A stretch of DNA of 64,000 nucleotides from Actinomycetes bacterium (GTDB taxonomy: Bacteria; Actinomycetota; Actinomycetes; Prado026). The stretch is from the NCBI GenBank assembly GCA_038210415.1, contig JBBQWS010000009.1, positions 14,267 to 78,266 of the forward strand, read 5' to 3'. Under the pieces are notes generated by a model. That model made no database searches. It was not told where the DNA came from and saw nothing but the letters and a program-made list of their open reading frames with translations. The translations under genes and the position numbers were made by a program. Below are positions 10,153 through 19,067 of the stretch, in pieces. Each line of letters starts with the position of its first letter. Position 1 is the stretch's first letter.

Positions 10153-10935
10153 ATGTCCGACGATGTGCTCGAGGCCCTGTTCCCCCTCGGCGGCCCTGCC
10201 TCCGCCCTCCGCGCCCGTTGGCAGCGGCGCAGCGCCGCTGCCACCTGGTCACACCCCACCGACTGGTGGGACCCGGCCGTCGACGCCCTCGCCGAGGCAC
10301 TCACCGATGGGCGTGACGCGTCCGTCCCCGCCGAGCTGCTGGGCCGGGTCCGTGCCGAGGCGTGCGTAGGGCTGAACGAGTGCCTCGACGACCTGTCCGC
10401 CCTGTTCCGTGAGCTAGGTATCGACGAACCGCCGTTCGAGGTCACCCGCTCCTTCATGGCCGGCTGGGCCGACGTCGGCGTCGTGCCGCTGCGCACCGCC
10501 GGCTGCGAGGACGCGATGACCGGCCTGGCGACCCCGTCGTACCTGCGTACCCGGCTCGGCGAGCTCTACCGCACCGCCGTCCTCGACAACCGGCTGGTCA
10601 CCGACATCGCCGGCCTGGTCATCCTCGACGCATCGGTCGAGACGGCCGACCCGTGGGAGCGGCTCGGTCGGGTCTCGATCCTGGCGGACTGCCTGCGCGA
10701 GCACTTCGTCGGTGGCGAGACGCTGGTCGTCCTCGGCTCCGGTCGGGTGGCTGCCCTCGTCGACCGCACGGCCGACCTCGGCCCGATCCTTGCCGAGCTG
10801 CGCGACCTCGTCGACGTGCGACTGATCATGGGCGGGCTCTCGCAGGCCTCCCGGCGACCTCCGCGGGTGTGGCTCGAGCCGCTCCCGGCGGACTACGACC
10901 AGGCGATGGCGCTCCTGCGGGAGCTCGATCGCTGA
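10153..10935 (+). CDS. hypothetical protein with a degenerate GGDEF-like C-terminal half
   Basis: ATG at 10153 preceded by GAGAGAGGAGGA. The segment EDAMTGLATPSYLRTRLGEL..GLVILDAS..ILADCLREHFVGGETLVVLGSGRVAALV lines up by eye with DxLTGL..llDiD..RyGGDEF, but the GGDEF signature reads GSGRV. Confidence 0.6.
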   Translation: MSDDVLEALFPLGGPASALRARWQRRSAAATWSHPTDWWDPAVDALAEALTDGRDASVPAELLGRVRAEACVGLNECLDDLSALFRELGIDEPPFEVTRSFMAGWADVGVVPLRTAGCEDAMTGLATPSYLRTRLGELYRTAVLDNRLVTDIAGLVILDASVETADPWERLGRVSILADCLREHFVGGETLVVLGSGRVAALVDRTADLGPILAELRDLVDVRLIMGGLSQASRRPPRVWLEPLPADYDQAMALLRELDR

Positions 10936-11039
10936 CCGACGAGTACGGAGCGCGCTGAGGGGCCGCTCGGTACTTCTGACCCACCCGGGGGTGTGGGTCT
11001 CCTGGCAGAACTCTTCGAGGGGAGGGGTTCTGTCGACGG

Positions 11040-11090
11040 CTCGGCGGTGCAGCGGCCCCGGAGGGGTGTGCCGGTGCACCGCCGAGTTTC
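11040..11090 (+). terminator. intrinsic-terminator-like hairpin downstream of the 10153-10935 gene
   Basis: Perfect 12-bp stem CTCGGCGGTGCA (11040-11051) / TGCACCGCCGAG (11075-11086). The loop can pair further, and TTTC follows the stem. Confidence 0.45.
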
Positions 11091-11160
11091 GTCGTGCGCC
11101 GACGCTGTACGGTGACCGCACCGCTGTCCAGCGTTGTCGTCGGAGGAGTGCACGGTGAGC

Positions 11161-12534
11161 ATGTACCAGGTCGTCAACCCCGCATCGGGCAAGACCGAGA
11201 ACGAGTTCGCATCGGCCACGGACGCCGAGATCTCGGGCGCGCTGGAGCGAACCGCTGCGGCCTTCGGCACCTGGAGTCGCACCTCCATCGCCGAACGCGC
11301 GACTGTGCTGCACCGGGTCGCCGACCTGTATGCCGAGCGGATCGACGACCTCGCGGCTCTGATCACGCGCGAGATGGGCAAGACCACCGCCGAGGCGGTC
11401 GGCGAGATCGAGTTCGTCGTCGACATCTACCGCTACTACGCCGACCAGGGCCCCGGGCTGCTCGCCGACCAGCCCCTCGACTCGACTTCGAGCGGCTCGG
11501 CGTGGGTCCGCAAGGCGCCGGTCGGGCCGCTGCTGGGCATCATGCCCTGGAACTACCCGTACTACCAGGTCGCCCGGTTCGCCGCCCCGAACCTCATGGT
11601 GGGCAACACGATCCTGCTCAAGCACGCGCCCCAGTGCCCTGAGTCGGCGCTCGCGATGGAACAGATCTTCGCCGACTCCGGTCTCGTGGCGGACGGTTAC
11701 GTCAACCTCTTCGCCACCAACGAGCAGGTCGCCGGCATCATCGCCGACCCTCGCGTCCGGGGCGTCTCCGTCACCGGCAGCGAGCGCGCTGGAACGGCCG
11801 TCGCGGCCCTCGCCGGGCAGCACCTGAAGAAGGTGGTGCTCGAGCTCGGCGGCTCCGACGCGTTCATCGTGCTCGATGCCCCTGAGCTGGAGCCCGTCGT
11901 CCGCGCTGCAGTCGGTGCTCGCATGGAGAACGCCGGTCAGGCCTGCAACGCGTCCAAGCGCTTCATCGTGGCCGATGGCATCTACGACGACTTCGTCGCG
12001 CAGTTCACCTCCGAGATGGCCGCGCAGACCACTGGTGACCCCAGCGATCCGGCTACGTCGTACGGACCGCTCTCGTCGGAGGCGGCCGCGCAGAACCTTC
12101 TGGAGCAGGTCGAGGACGCGATCGCCAAGGGCGCGACCGTGCGCACCGGCGGCGGCCGCCTCGCCGGGCCGGGGGCGTTCTTCGAGGCCACGGTGCTCAC
12201 CGACGTGACCCCCGAGATGCGGGCGTACCGCGAGGAGCTCTTCGGCCCGGTGGCCGTGGTCTACCGGGTCAGCGACGCCGATGCGGCCGTCGAGCTGGCC
12301 AACGACAGCCCGTTCGGCCTCGGTGGGGTCGTCTACAGCTCCGACCTGACGGTGGCACTGGACGTCGCGGACCGGCTCGACACCGGCATGGTCTGGATCA
12401 ACGAGCCGCAGGGTGGCGGCCCGGAGCTCCCCTTCGGTGGGACCAAGCGCTCCGGGGTCGGTCGCGAGCTCGGCCCGAACGGCATCGACGAGTTCATCAA
12501 CCGCAAGCTCATGCACGTCCCGGCCGTCGACTGA
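11161..12534 (+). CDS. NAD(P)-dependent aldehyde dehydrogenase (succinate-semialdehyde dehydrogenase-like)
   Basis: ATG 11161 after GGAGGAG. ALDH glutamate motif LELGGSDAF and catalytic-Cys motif ENAGQACNASKRF. Confidence 0.85.
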   Translation: MYQVVNPASGKTENEFASATDAEISGALERTAAAFGTWSRTSIAERATVLHRVADLYAERIDDLAALITREMGKTTAEAVGEIEFVVDIYRYYADQGPGLLADQPLDSTSSGSAWVRKAPVGPLLGIMPWNYPYYQVARFAAPNLMVGNTILLKHAPQCPESALAMEQIFADSGLVADGYVNLFATNEQVAGIIADPRVRGVSVTGSERAGTAVAALAGQHLKKVVLELGGSDAFIVLDAPELEPVVRAAVGARMENAGQACNASKRFIVADGIYDDFVAQFTSEMAAQTTGDPSDPATSYGPLSSEAAAQNLLEQVEDAIAKGATVRTGGGRLAGPGAFFEATVLTDVTPEMRAYREELFGPVAVVYRVSDADAAVELANDSPFGLGGVVYSSDLTVALDVADRLDTGMVWINEPQGGGPELPFGGTKRSGVGRELGPNGIDEFINRKLMHVPAVD

Positions 12535-12555
12535 CGCAGCACCGGCACATGCTGC

Positions 12556-13473
12556 TCAGGTGGGTGGCTGGTTCGCCAGCTCTCGTCTGAGGTCCTCATA
12601 GGAAGCCAGTCCGGTGGCCGGGGTGACCGTGGTGGTCCAGGCCAGTTCCAGCTCGGCCTTTACGGGGTCGGGCACCCCGGTGGCGGACGACCCCACGTCC
12701 CCGTCGACGACCTTCGACATGGTCTGGGTGAGCGGCAGGCGCAGTCGGTGCCGGATTGACTCGAAGAGATCGAGGTCGTCGAACTTCGCTCCGTGCTGCT
12801 TCATGAACCCGATGTCCGACTGGCGCACCACGACCTCGAGGAGCTCGGCGTCCGCCGGCACGCCGACGAACCGCGCTACCAACTCAACCGTTCTTGGCAG
12901 ATCCGTCTTGATGTTCTCGAAGCAGAGCATCAGCACGTCGGGGTCGTGCCGTCGCGGCCAAGCCGCGAGGACGTGTTGGGCGCCCGCCTGGCGTGGCATG
13001 AAGAACTCGCGGGCGAACGTCTCGATGTCGATGCTGCCGGCCTCGAAGAAGGCCCCCTCGAAGAACCGGTAGTGCGACAGCAATGCGTCCTTGGGGTCGC
13101 GGACGACCACGATGTACCTGCCACCCTCCGGCACCTCGCTCAGGGGGTTGTGCGTCTTGAAGGCTTGTGGTCGGACGCCCTGTGGCGCGTTCAGGTCCTG
13201 CCCGTTGTCGTACGCCGTCTGCAGCCACGGGACCACGTCGTTGATGTTGTCGTAGTCCATCGAGCCCCGGGACCTTAGCCCGTGCACGATCTGCTGCATC
13301 CACGTGGTGCCGGACTTCGCCGGGGTGACCACGAAGACGTCGCTCGGCTCGGCCCGGTAGGCCTGCCAGTGCGCCGTCCCTTCGGGCGTCACGAACGTGT
13401 CCATCCGGTCCAGCATCTCGGGTACCGACGTGGGGCGGCGGTAGGTCGTCTCGTCGGACAACTCGTCGGCCAA
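12556..13473 (-). CDS. PAPS-dependent sulfotransferase (Sulfotransfer_1-like)
   Basis: 305 aa. 5'-PSB loop TPAKSGTTW, catalytic-His context FKTHNP, and 3'-PB motif VVRDPKDALLS. Confidence 0.8.
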   Translation of the reverse strand: MADELSDETTYRRPTSVPEMLDRMDTFVTPEGTAHWQAYRAEPSDVFVVTPAKSGTTWMQQIVHGLRSRGSMDYDNINDVVPWLQTAYDNGQDLNAPQGVRPQAFKTHNPLSEVPEGGRYIVVVRDPKDALLSHYRFFEGAFFEAGSIDIETFAREFFMPRQAGAQHVLAAWPRRHDPDVLMLCFENIKTDLPRTVELVARFVGVPADAELLEVVVRQSDIGFMKQHGAKFDDLDLFESIRHRLRLPLTQTMSKVVDGDVGSSATGVPDPVKAELELAWTTTVTPATGLASYEDLRRELANQPPT

Positions 13474-13505
13474 ACTGGCTCCCTTCGTCGGGACGAGCGG
13501 CGGCG

Positions 13506-14297
13506 TCAGACCGCGAGTCGCCAGGCGGTGAAGCTGTGCAGCTCCCAGCCGGAGTGGTGGTGGAACGCCGCGGTGGTGTGGTCGGGGTCCCAGAACACGA
13601 AGCCCTGCACGTCGATGAGCCGGCCGCCGGGCGGGATAGCCGGCGCCCAGCCCTTGGCGCGGAAGTTGCCGTCGATCTCGATATGGATGGCCCGGAAGTC
13701 GGCGGTCACCGAGGCCGGCAGCGCTGGATCGGTCAGCTCACAGGTCCAGTCGCCGTCGGCGTTGATCTTCGCGCACGAACCGACGGTCACCCGGTGCAGC
13801 TCGACCAGAGTCGGGACGCCGGACACGGAGCAGGGCGGGTTGGTCGACCGTCGGTCGGGTATGCCGGGCTTGAAGCCGCCGCCCGCGAGGGTGGCCCCGC
13901 CGAGAGCCGAGCGCTGGGTCCCGAGGACCTTCGCGAGCGTGGTGAGCACGGGCTTGCAGGACACGTGGGTGTTCCACGAGACCCCGGTGACGGCCCGAGC
14001 GGCCGCGCTGCTCGGGGCGACGGTCGTCGCCCGGGGCGCGGTCGACGGGCGGCTCGACGGGCGGCTGGGCGTCGCCTTGGCTGCCGGCGTGGCAGACCGG
14101 GAGGCGGAAGCGGAAGCCGACGCCGTCCCGGTCAGCGACTGGGACGGCCCGGAGCTTTGGTCCGGCACGGCGGCCTGGGCGGTCGTGGCGCCCGGCGGCG
14201 TCGTAGCGTTGGCAGCCGAGCACGCGGCCAGGGTGATGAAGGCGGCCGAGGCGGCGAGCCAGCGCCCGGCGGAACGACGGCCTGTGCGGTAGGTCAT
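13506..14297 (-). CDS. putative lipoprotein, unknown function
   Basis: 263 aa. Signal peptide with lipobox ITLAAC|S, then an Ala/Ser/Pro-rich linker and a Cys-containing C-terminal domain ending WDPDHTTAAFHHHSGWELH. Confidence 0.65.
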   Translation of the reverse strand: MTYRTGRRSAGRWLAASAAFITLAACSAANATTPPGATTAQAAVPDQSSGPSQSLTGTASASASASRSATPAAKATPSRPSSRPSTAPRATTVAPSSAAARAVTGVSWNTHVSCKPVLTTLAKVLGTQRSALGGATLAGGGFKPGIPDRRSTNPPCSVSGVPTLVELHRVTVGSCAKINADGDWTCELTDPALPASVTADFRAIHIEIDGNFRAKGWAPAIPPGGRLIDVQGFVFWDPDHTTAAFHHHSGWELHSFTAWRLAV

Positions 14298-14307
14298 GGC
14301 CTGCAGG

Positions 14308-15018
14308 CTACAGCCGGTCGACGAGGTCCACGAGCGCCGCCGCCGTTCCGGCCGGGTCGCGCAGGGCAGCGAAGTGGCCGGCCGGGTGCTGCGCCGTCGG
14401 CCACCCGCGGCCCCGGGCCAGCCGCATCGGGAGGTCGTAGGCGCTCGAGGTCTGCAGGTAGCCGCAGGGGGCGTCCGGCCAGTCGACGGCAGCCGGCAGC
14501 GGCTCGACGAAGAAGTCGAGGTCGTGCGGGCGCAGCGAAGCCAGCAGCAAGGCCCGGTCGACCGGGTCGGGAACGTCGTCAGCGAGGTCGGCCCCCGACC
14601 AGTCCGGGAAGCGTCCGCCAGAGGTCAGGTCGCTGCGCAGTCCCTCGGCGAACGACGAGTCCTCGACGTCGAGCAGGTCGAGCCTGGACGCCGGTGAGCC
14701 CGGGCGGGGCAGGCCGGCATCGAGGAACACGTAGCCGCGGACCGGCTGGTGGGCGCTGCGCCGGGCGAACCCGACCTGCGGCAGCAACGGGCCGGCGCCG
14801 CTGTGCCCCACCACCACCGTCGCAGCGGCGACCCCGGCAGCGGCGATCTGGAGCGCCGCGAGCGCGACGTACCGGCTGGCGTACGGCGGCTGGTCGTCAC
14901 CTGTGACCTCGGGGACGACCACGTGCAACCCAGCGGCCCGCAGGATCTCCGGCAGCCGTCCCCAGGCGGCCGCACCGGTCAGCGGGGAGTGGAGTAGGAC
15001 GATCGACGACGGCTGCAC
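14308..15018 (-). CDS. alpha/beta hydrolase
   Basis: 236 aa. Nucleophile elbow VVGHSGAG (GxSxG), a short N-terminal beta strand, and LLHSPL. Confidence 0.7.
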   Translation of the reverse strand: MQPSSIVLLHSPLTGAAAWGRLPEILRAAGLHVVVPEVTGDDQPPYASRYVALAALQIAAAGVAAATVVVGHSGAGPLLPQVGFARRSAHQPVRGYVFLDAGLPRPGSPASRLDLLDVEDSSFAEGLRSDLTSGGRFPDWSGADLADDVPDPVDRALLLASLRPHDLDFFVEPLPAAVDWPDAPCGYLQTSSAYDLPMRLARGRGWPTAQHPAGHFAALRDPAGTAAALVDLVDRL

Positions 15019-15047
15019 CCGTACAGCCTGCCGTAGACTTCAGCCTC

Positions 15048-15596
15048 GTGACTTCACCCACAGCTGACCGTTCCGCGCTCCTCCAGCAGATCAAGGACAA
15101 GGCCGTCGTGCACGGCAAGGTCGTGCTCTCGTCCGGGCGCGAAGCCGACTACTACGTCGACCTTCGCCGGATCACCCTCGACGCCGACGCCGCCCCCCTG
15201 GTCGGTCGGGTCATGCTCGAGAGGACGGCCGACCTGGACTACGACGCGGTGGGTGGGCTCACGCTCGGAGCCGACCCGGTCGCTGCTGCCATGCTGCACG
15301 CCGCCGCCGCCCAGGGCCGCCGGCTCGACGCCTTCGTGGTCCGCAAGGAGGGCAAGGCGCACGGCCTCCAGCGCCGGATCGAGGGCCCTGATGTCGCAGG
15401 GCGCCGCGTGCTCGCGGTCGAGGACACCTCCACCACCGGCGGGTCGGTGCTCACCGCGGTCGAGGCGCTGCGCGAGGCCGGCGCCGAGGTCGTCGGCGTG
15501 GCGGTGATCGTCGAGCGCGGTGCCGCCCCCGCGATCGCCGAAGCAGGTCTCCCGTACCGCACGGCCTACTCGCTGGACGACCTTGACCTCGCCTGA
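15048..15596 (+). CDS. pyrE: orotate phosphoribosyltransferase
   Basis: 182 aa. PRPP-binding loop VLAVEDTSTTGGS and the N-terminal LSSGREADYYVD motif. Confidence 0.92.
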   Translation: MTSPTADRSALLQQIKDKAVVHGKVVLSSGREADYYVDLRRITLDADAAPLVGRVMLERTADLDYDAVGGLTLGADPVAAAMLHAAAAQGRRLDAFVVRKEGKAHGLQRRIEGPDVAGRRVLAVEDTSTTGGSVLTAVEALREAGAEVVGVAVIVERGAAPAIAEAGLPYRTAYSLDDLDLA

Positions 15597-17019
15597 GCCC
15601 GATCGACCCGGGATCGACCCCGCCGAGCTCGAGGTCTTCCACCGGGTGATCGCCCGACTGGACGACCTGCCCGTCGAGCACCCCGACGCGCGCGCCGTGC
15701 GCCAGGCGACCGCGCACGTGTTCAAGGCGGTGAAGAAGCGTCGTCGGGCCGAGAAGCGCGACGAGATCTCGGCTGCCGACGGTGCGGTCGTCGCGGCAAC
15801 GGCCACCGGATCCGCCGGCCGCATCGACGACGAGACGCAGGGCATCCCGCTCGTGTCCGCCGCCGAGGGCGCCAGCGCCGGGACGTTCGTCCGGGCCCGT
15901 CCGTGCTACATGTGCAAGGAGAAGTACCAGCAGGTCGACGCGTTCTACCACCAGCTCTGCCCGAGCTGCGCGGCGAGGAGCCATGCTCACCGCGACGCCC
16001 GCACCGATCTGACCGGCCGCCGGGCGCTGCTCACGGGCGGCCGGGCCAAGATCGGCATGTACATCGCGCTGCGCCTGCTGCGCGACGGTGCCCACACGAC
16101 GATCACGACCCGGTTCCCGGCCGACGCCGTCCGCCGGTTCACCGCCATGCCGGACAGCGCCGACTGGCTGCACCGGCTGCGCATCGTCGGCATCGACCTG
16201 CGCGACCCGGCGTCGGTCGTCGCGCTGGCCGACTCCGTGGCGGCGCAAGGACCGCTCGACATCCTGATCAACAACGCTGCGCAGACCGTGCGCCGGACGC
16301 CGGGCTCGTACGCCCTGCTCGCCGAGGCCGAGGCGGCGCCGCTGCCCGAGGGGCCGCTGCCCGACCTGCTCACCCTCGGCCGCACCAGCGACGCACACCC
16401 GCTCTCACTGCCGGGTGCCTCCGGGCACACCCCTGCCGAGATCGCCGCCCTGGCCATGACCGCCGGGTCGGCCTCGCCAGAGCGCATCGTGCAGTCCACG
16501 GCCATCGACGCGGGCGGTCTGGTCCCCGACCTCCTCTCGGTCAACAGCTGGACCCAGCTCGTGCACGAGGTCGACCCGATGGAGCTGCTAGAGGTCCAGC
16601 TGTGCAACATGACAGCGCCGTTCATCCTGTTGAGCCGGCTGCGGCCGGCGCTGGCCGCAGCGCCGGCCCGGCGCAAGTACGTCGTCAACGTCTCAGCGAT
16701 GGAGGGCCAGTTCAGCCGCGGTTACAAGGGTCCCGGGCACCCGCACACCAACATGGCCAAGGCCGCCCTGAACATGCTCACCCGTACGAGTGCGCAGGAG
16801 CTGCTCACCGACGGCATCCTGATGACCGCGGTCGACACCGGCTGGATCACCGACGAGCGGCCGCACACCACCAAGATGCGGCTGGCCGACGAGGGGTTCC
16901 ACGCCCCACTCGACCTCGTCGACGGTGCCGCCCGGGTCTACGACCCGATCGTCCGCGGCGAGGCCGGCGAGGATCTCTACGGCTGCTTCCTGAAGGACTA
17001 CGCGCCCCACCCCTGGTGA
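15583..17019 (+). CDS. atypical SDR-fold oxidoreductase with a ~170-aa N-terminal extension carrying a CxxC-x14-CxxC motif
   Basis: Rossmann motif LLTGGRAKIG and NNAAQ. The N-terminal extension contains CYMCKEKYQQVDAFYHQLCPSC (15904-15969). The start is ambiguous (GTG 15520, TTG 15583 or GTG 15646) and the ORF overlaps the pyrE end. Confidence 0.7.
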   Translation: MTSPEPDRPGIDPAELEVFHRVIARLDDLPVEHPDARAVRQATAHVFKAVKKRRRAEKRDEISAADGAVVAATATGSAGRIDDETQGIPLVSAAEGASAGTFVRARPCYMCKEKYQQVDAFYHQLCPSCAARSHAHRDARTDLTGRRALLTGGRAKIGMYIALRLLRDGAHTTITTRFPADAVRRFTAMPDSADWLHRLRIVGIDLRDPASVVALADSVAAQGPLDILINNAAQTVRRTPGSYALLAEAEAAPLPEGPLPDLLTLGRTSDAHPLSLPGASGHTPAEIAALAMTAGSASPERIVQSTAIDAGGLVPDLLSVNSWTQLVHEVDPMELLEVQLCNMTAPFILLSRLRPALAAAPARRKYVVNVSAMEGQFSRGYKGPGHPHTNMAKAALNMLTRTSAQELLTDGILMTAVDTGWITDERPHTTKMRLADEGFHAPLDLVDGAARVYDPIVRGEAGEDLYGCFLKDYAPHPW

Positions 17020-17065
17020 TCGGGCCGGGCGGGGGTGCGCGCCGGTCGTCAAGATCGGGCCGCCG

Positions 17066-17821
17066 ATGGTCGAGCATCTAGGCGTGACCTCCATGAGCGG
17101 GCTGTCGATCATCGGCCTCGGCGTCCTCGTGTTCATCGCGTTCGCGGTCTGGTCGACCGTGCAGCAGAACAAGCGCCGCCAGGAGCTCATGTCGTTCTGC
17201 CGGTCGCAGGGCTGGACCTACGAGCAGACCGAGCCGTCGCTCGTCACCCGCTGGCAGGGCACGCCCTTCGGCCGCGGCGAGAACCAAAGGGTCAAGGACG
17301 TTGTCCGAGGCGTACGCGACCAGCGACCGTTCACCGCGTTCAACTACTCGTACGTCGAGCGGCGCTCCGACGGAAAGGGCGGCTCCGAGACGACGACGTA
17401 CCAGTTCGCGGTCGTTGCGCTCGGGCTTCCGGCCTTTCTGCCTGCGGTCGAGGTGGTGCCCGACAACCTGCTGACCCGGGCTGCTGCGGCCGTCGGGTTG
17501 TCCCCCGGCATCGAGCTCGAGAGCGAGGACTTCAACCGGAAGTTCCGGGTGACGGCCCGCGACCCCAAGTTCGCCTCCGACATCTTGTCGCCGCGCACGA
17601 TGGAGCAGTTGCTGCGTAGCCCGGCCCGGGCCTGGCGCATCGAGGGCACCGACCTCGTCAGCTGGGACAACGGGCGCGTCAAGCCGGTGGAGCTGCTCGC
17701 CGCCCTTGCGCCGCTGTGTGCGGTCGTCGCGGGCATTCCGACCTTCGTCTGGCACGACCACGGCTACGATCCGCCTCAAGCGCAAGAACCGCGCCCCCCG
17801 ATGGAAGGCAGTACCCCATGA
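17066..17821 (+). CDS. hypothetical membrane protein (DUF3137-like, uncertain)
   Basis: 251 aa with one N-terminal TM (LSIIGLGVLVFIAFAVW). Its stop overlaps the lemA ATG (ATGA). The start may instead be the internal ATG at 17093. Confidence 0.6.
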   Translation: MVEHLGVTSMSGLSIIGLGVLVFIAFAVWSTVQQNKRRQELMSFCRSQGWTYEQTEPSLVTRWQGTPFGRGENQRVKDVVRGVRDQRPFTAFNYSYVERRSDGKGGSETTTYQFAVVALGLPAFLPAVEVVPDNLLTRAAAAVGLSPGIELESEDFNRKFRVTARDPKFASDILSPRTMEQLLRSPARAWRIEGTDLVSWDNGRVKPVELLAALAPLCAVVAGIPTFVWHDHGYDPPQAQEPRPPMEGSTP

Positions 17822-18378
17822 AGCCCGTGATGTGGGTGATCCTCGGCCTCGTCGTCGTGGTGGCGCTCGGCGTCGTCGTCTCGTACAACCGATTCGTGCG
17901 CCAGCGCAATCTCGTCGAGGAGTCCTGGCGGCAGATCGACGTCGAGCTGAACCGTCGGCACGACCTGGTGCCGAACCTCGTCGAGACCGTCAAGGGTTAC
18001 GCCGCGCACGAGCGGCAGACCCTTGAGGCGGTCACGGCAGCCCGGGTCTCTGCGACTGCGACCGGTGCCGGACCCGCCGCACAGGCCCAGCAGGAGAACG
18101 TGCTCACCGGCGCGCTGCGCCAGCTCTTCGCGGTGGCCGAGTCGTATCCCGACCTCAAGGCCAGCACCAACTTCCTGGACCTGCAGCGCCAGCTGGCCGA
18201 GACCGAGGACCGCATCGCCGCGGGTCGCCGGTTCTACAACGGCAACGTGCGCGCACTCAACACCCGGGTCGAGGCGTTCCCGTCATCGGTCGTCGCGGGT
18301 ACGTTCGGCTTCAAGAAGGCTGAGTACTTCGCGGCCGACGACCCGGACATCCGCAGCAACCCGCAGGTCACCTTCTAG
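17818..18378 (+). CDS. lemA: LemA family protein
   Basis: N-terminal TM MKPVMWVILGLVVVVALGVVV followed by the LemA core SYNRFVRQRNLVEESWRQIDVELNRRHDLVPNLVETVKGYAAHE. Confidence 0.88.
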   Translation: MKPVMWVILGLVVVVALGVVVSYNRFVRQRNLVEESWRQIDVELNRRHDLVPNLVETVKGYAAHERQTLEAVTAARVSATATGAGPAAQAQQENVLTGALRQLFAVAESYPDLKASTNFLDLQRQLAETEDRIAAGRRFYNGNVRALNTRVEAFPSSVVAGTFGFKKAEYFAADDPDIRSNPQVTF

Positions 18379-18388
18379 CCGGTTCGCG

Positions 18389-19048
18389 TCAGGCGTCCTG
18401 GTCGCTCGGCTGCCCGGCCCCGGGGGACCTGCGGGTCTGCAGCACCTTCGCCAGGATCGGCAGCACCGATACCAGCACGACCCCGATCAGGATGAACTCG
18501 AGGTTGTTCTTCACGAACTCGATCCGGCCGAGCCAGAAACCGAGCAACGTGACGCCGGTGCCCCACAACACCCCGCCGACGATCGAGTAGAGCGTGTAGG
18601 TGCGGCGGTCCATCTTGCCGACGCCGGCCATCACCGTGATGAACGTGCGAATGATGGGCACGAAGCGGGCCAGCAGGATCGCGCGGCCGCCGTACTTGTC
18701 GAAGAACGCCTGGGTGTGCTCGACGTACTCCTGCCGGAACAGCCGCGAGTCGGGCCGCCGAAACACCGCGGGGCCGAGCGACCGGCCGATCTCGTAACCG
18801 ACGAGGTTTCCGGCGATCGCCGCGATGGAGATCAGCACGCAGAGGACGACGATCGGGGTGTTCAGGCGACCCGACGCCACGAGCAGGCCGGCAGTGAACA
18901 GCAACGAGTCGCCGGGGAGAAAGAACCCGACCAGCAGACCGCACTCGGCGAAGACGATCACCAGGATGCCGATCAGGCCGACCGTGTCGATCAGGTGCTG
19001 CGGGTCGAGGAGGCTGGCGGCGAGGAAGGCGGTCAGGGCGGAGGTCAC
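18389..19048 (-). CDS. DedA family membrane protein
   Basis: 219 aa, polytopic. DedA signature FFLPGDSLLFTAG..RFVPIIRTF. Confidence 0.88.
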   Translation of the reverse strand: MTSALTAFLAASLLDPQHLIDTVGLIGILVIVFAECGLLVGFFLPGDSLLFTAGLLVASGRLNTPIVVLCVLISIAAIAGNLVGYEIGRSLGPAVFRRPDSRLFRQEYVEHTQAFFDKYGGRAILLARFVPIIRTFITVMAGVGKMDRRTYTLYSIVGGVLWGTGVTLLGFWLGRIEFVKNNLEFILIGVVLVSVLPILAKVLQTRRSPGAGQPSDQDA

Positions 19049-19067
19049 CGCGCGAGCCTAACCGCCG

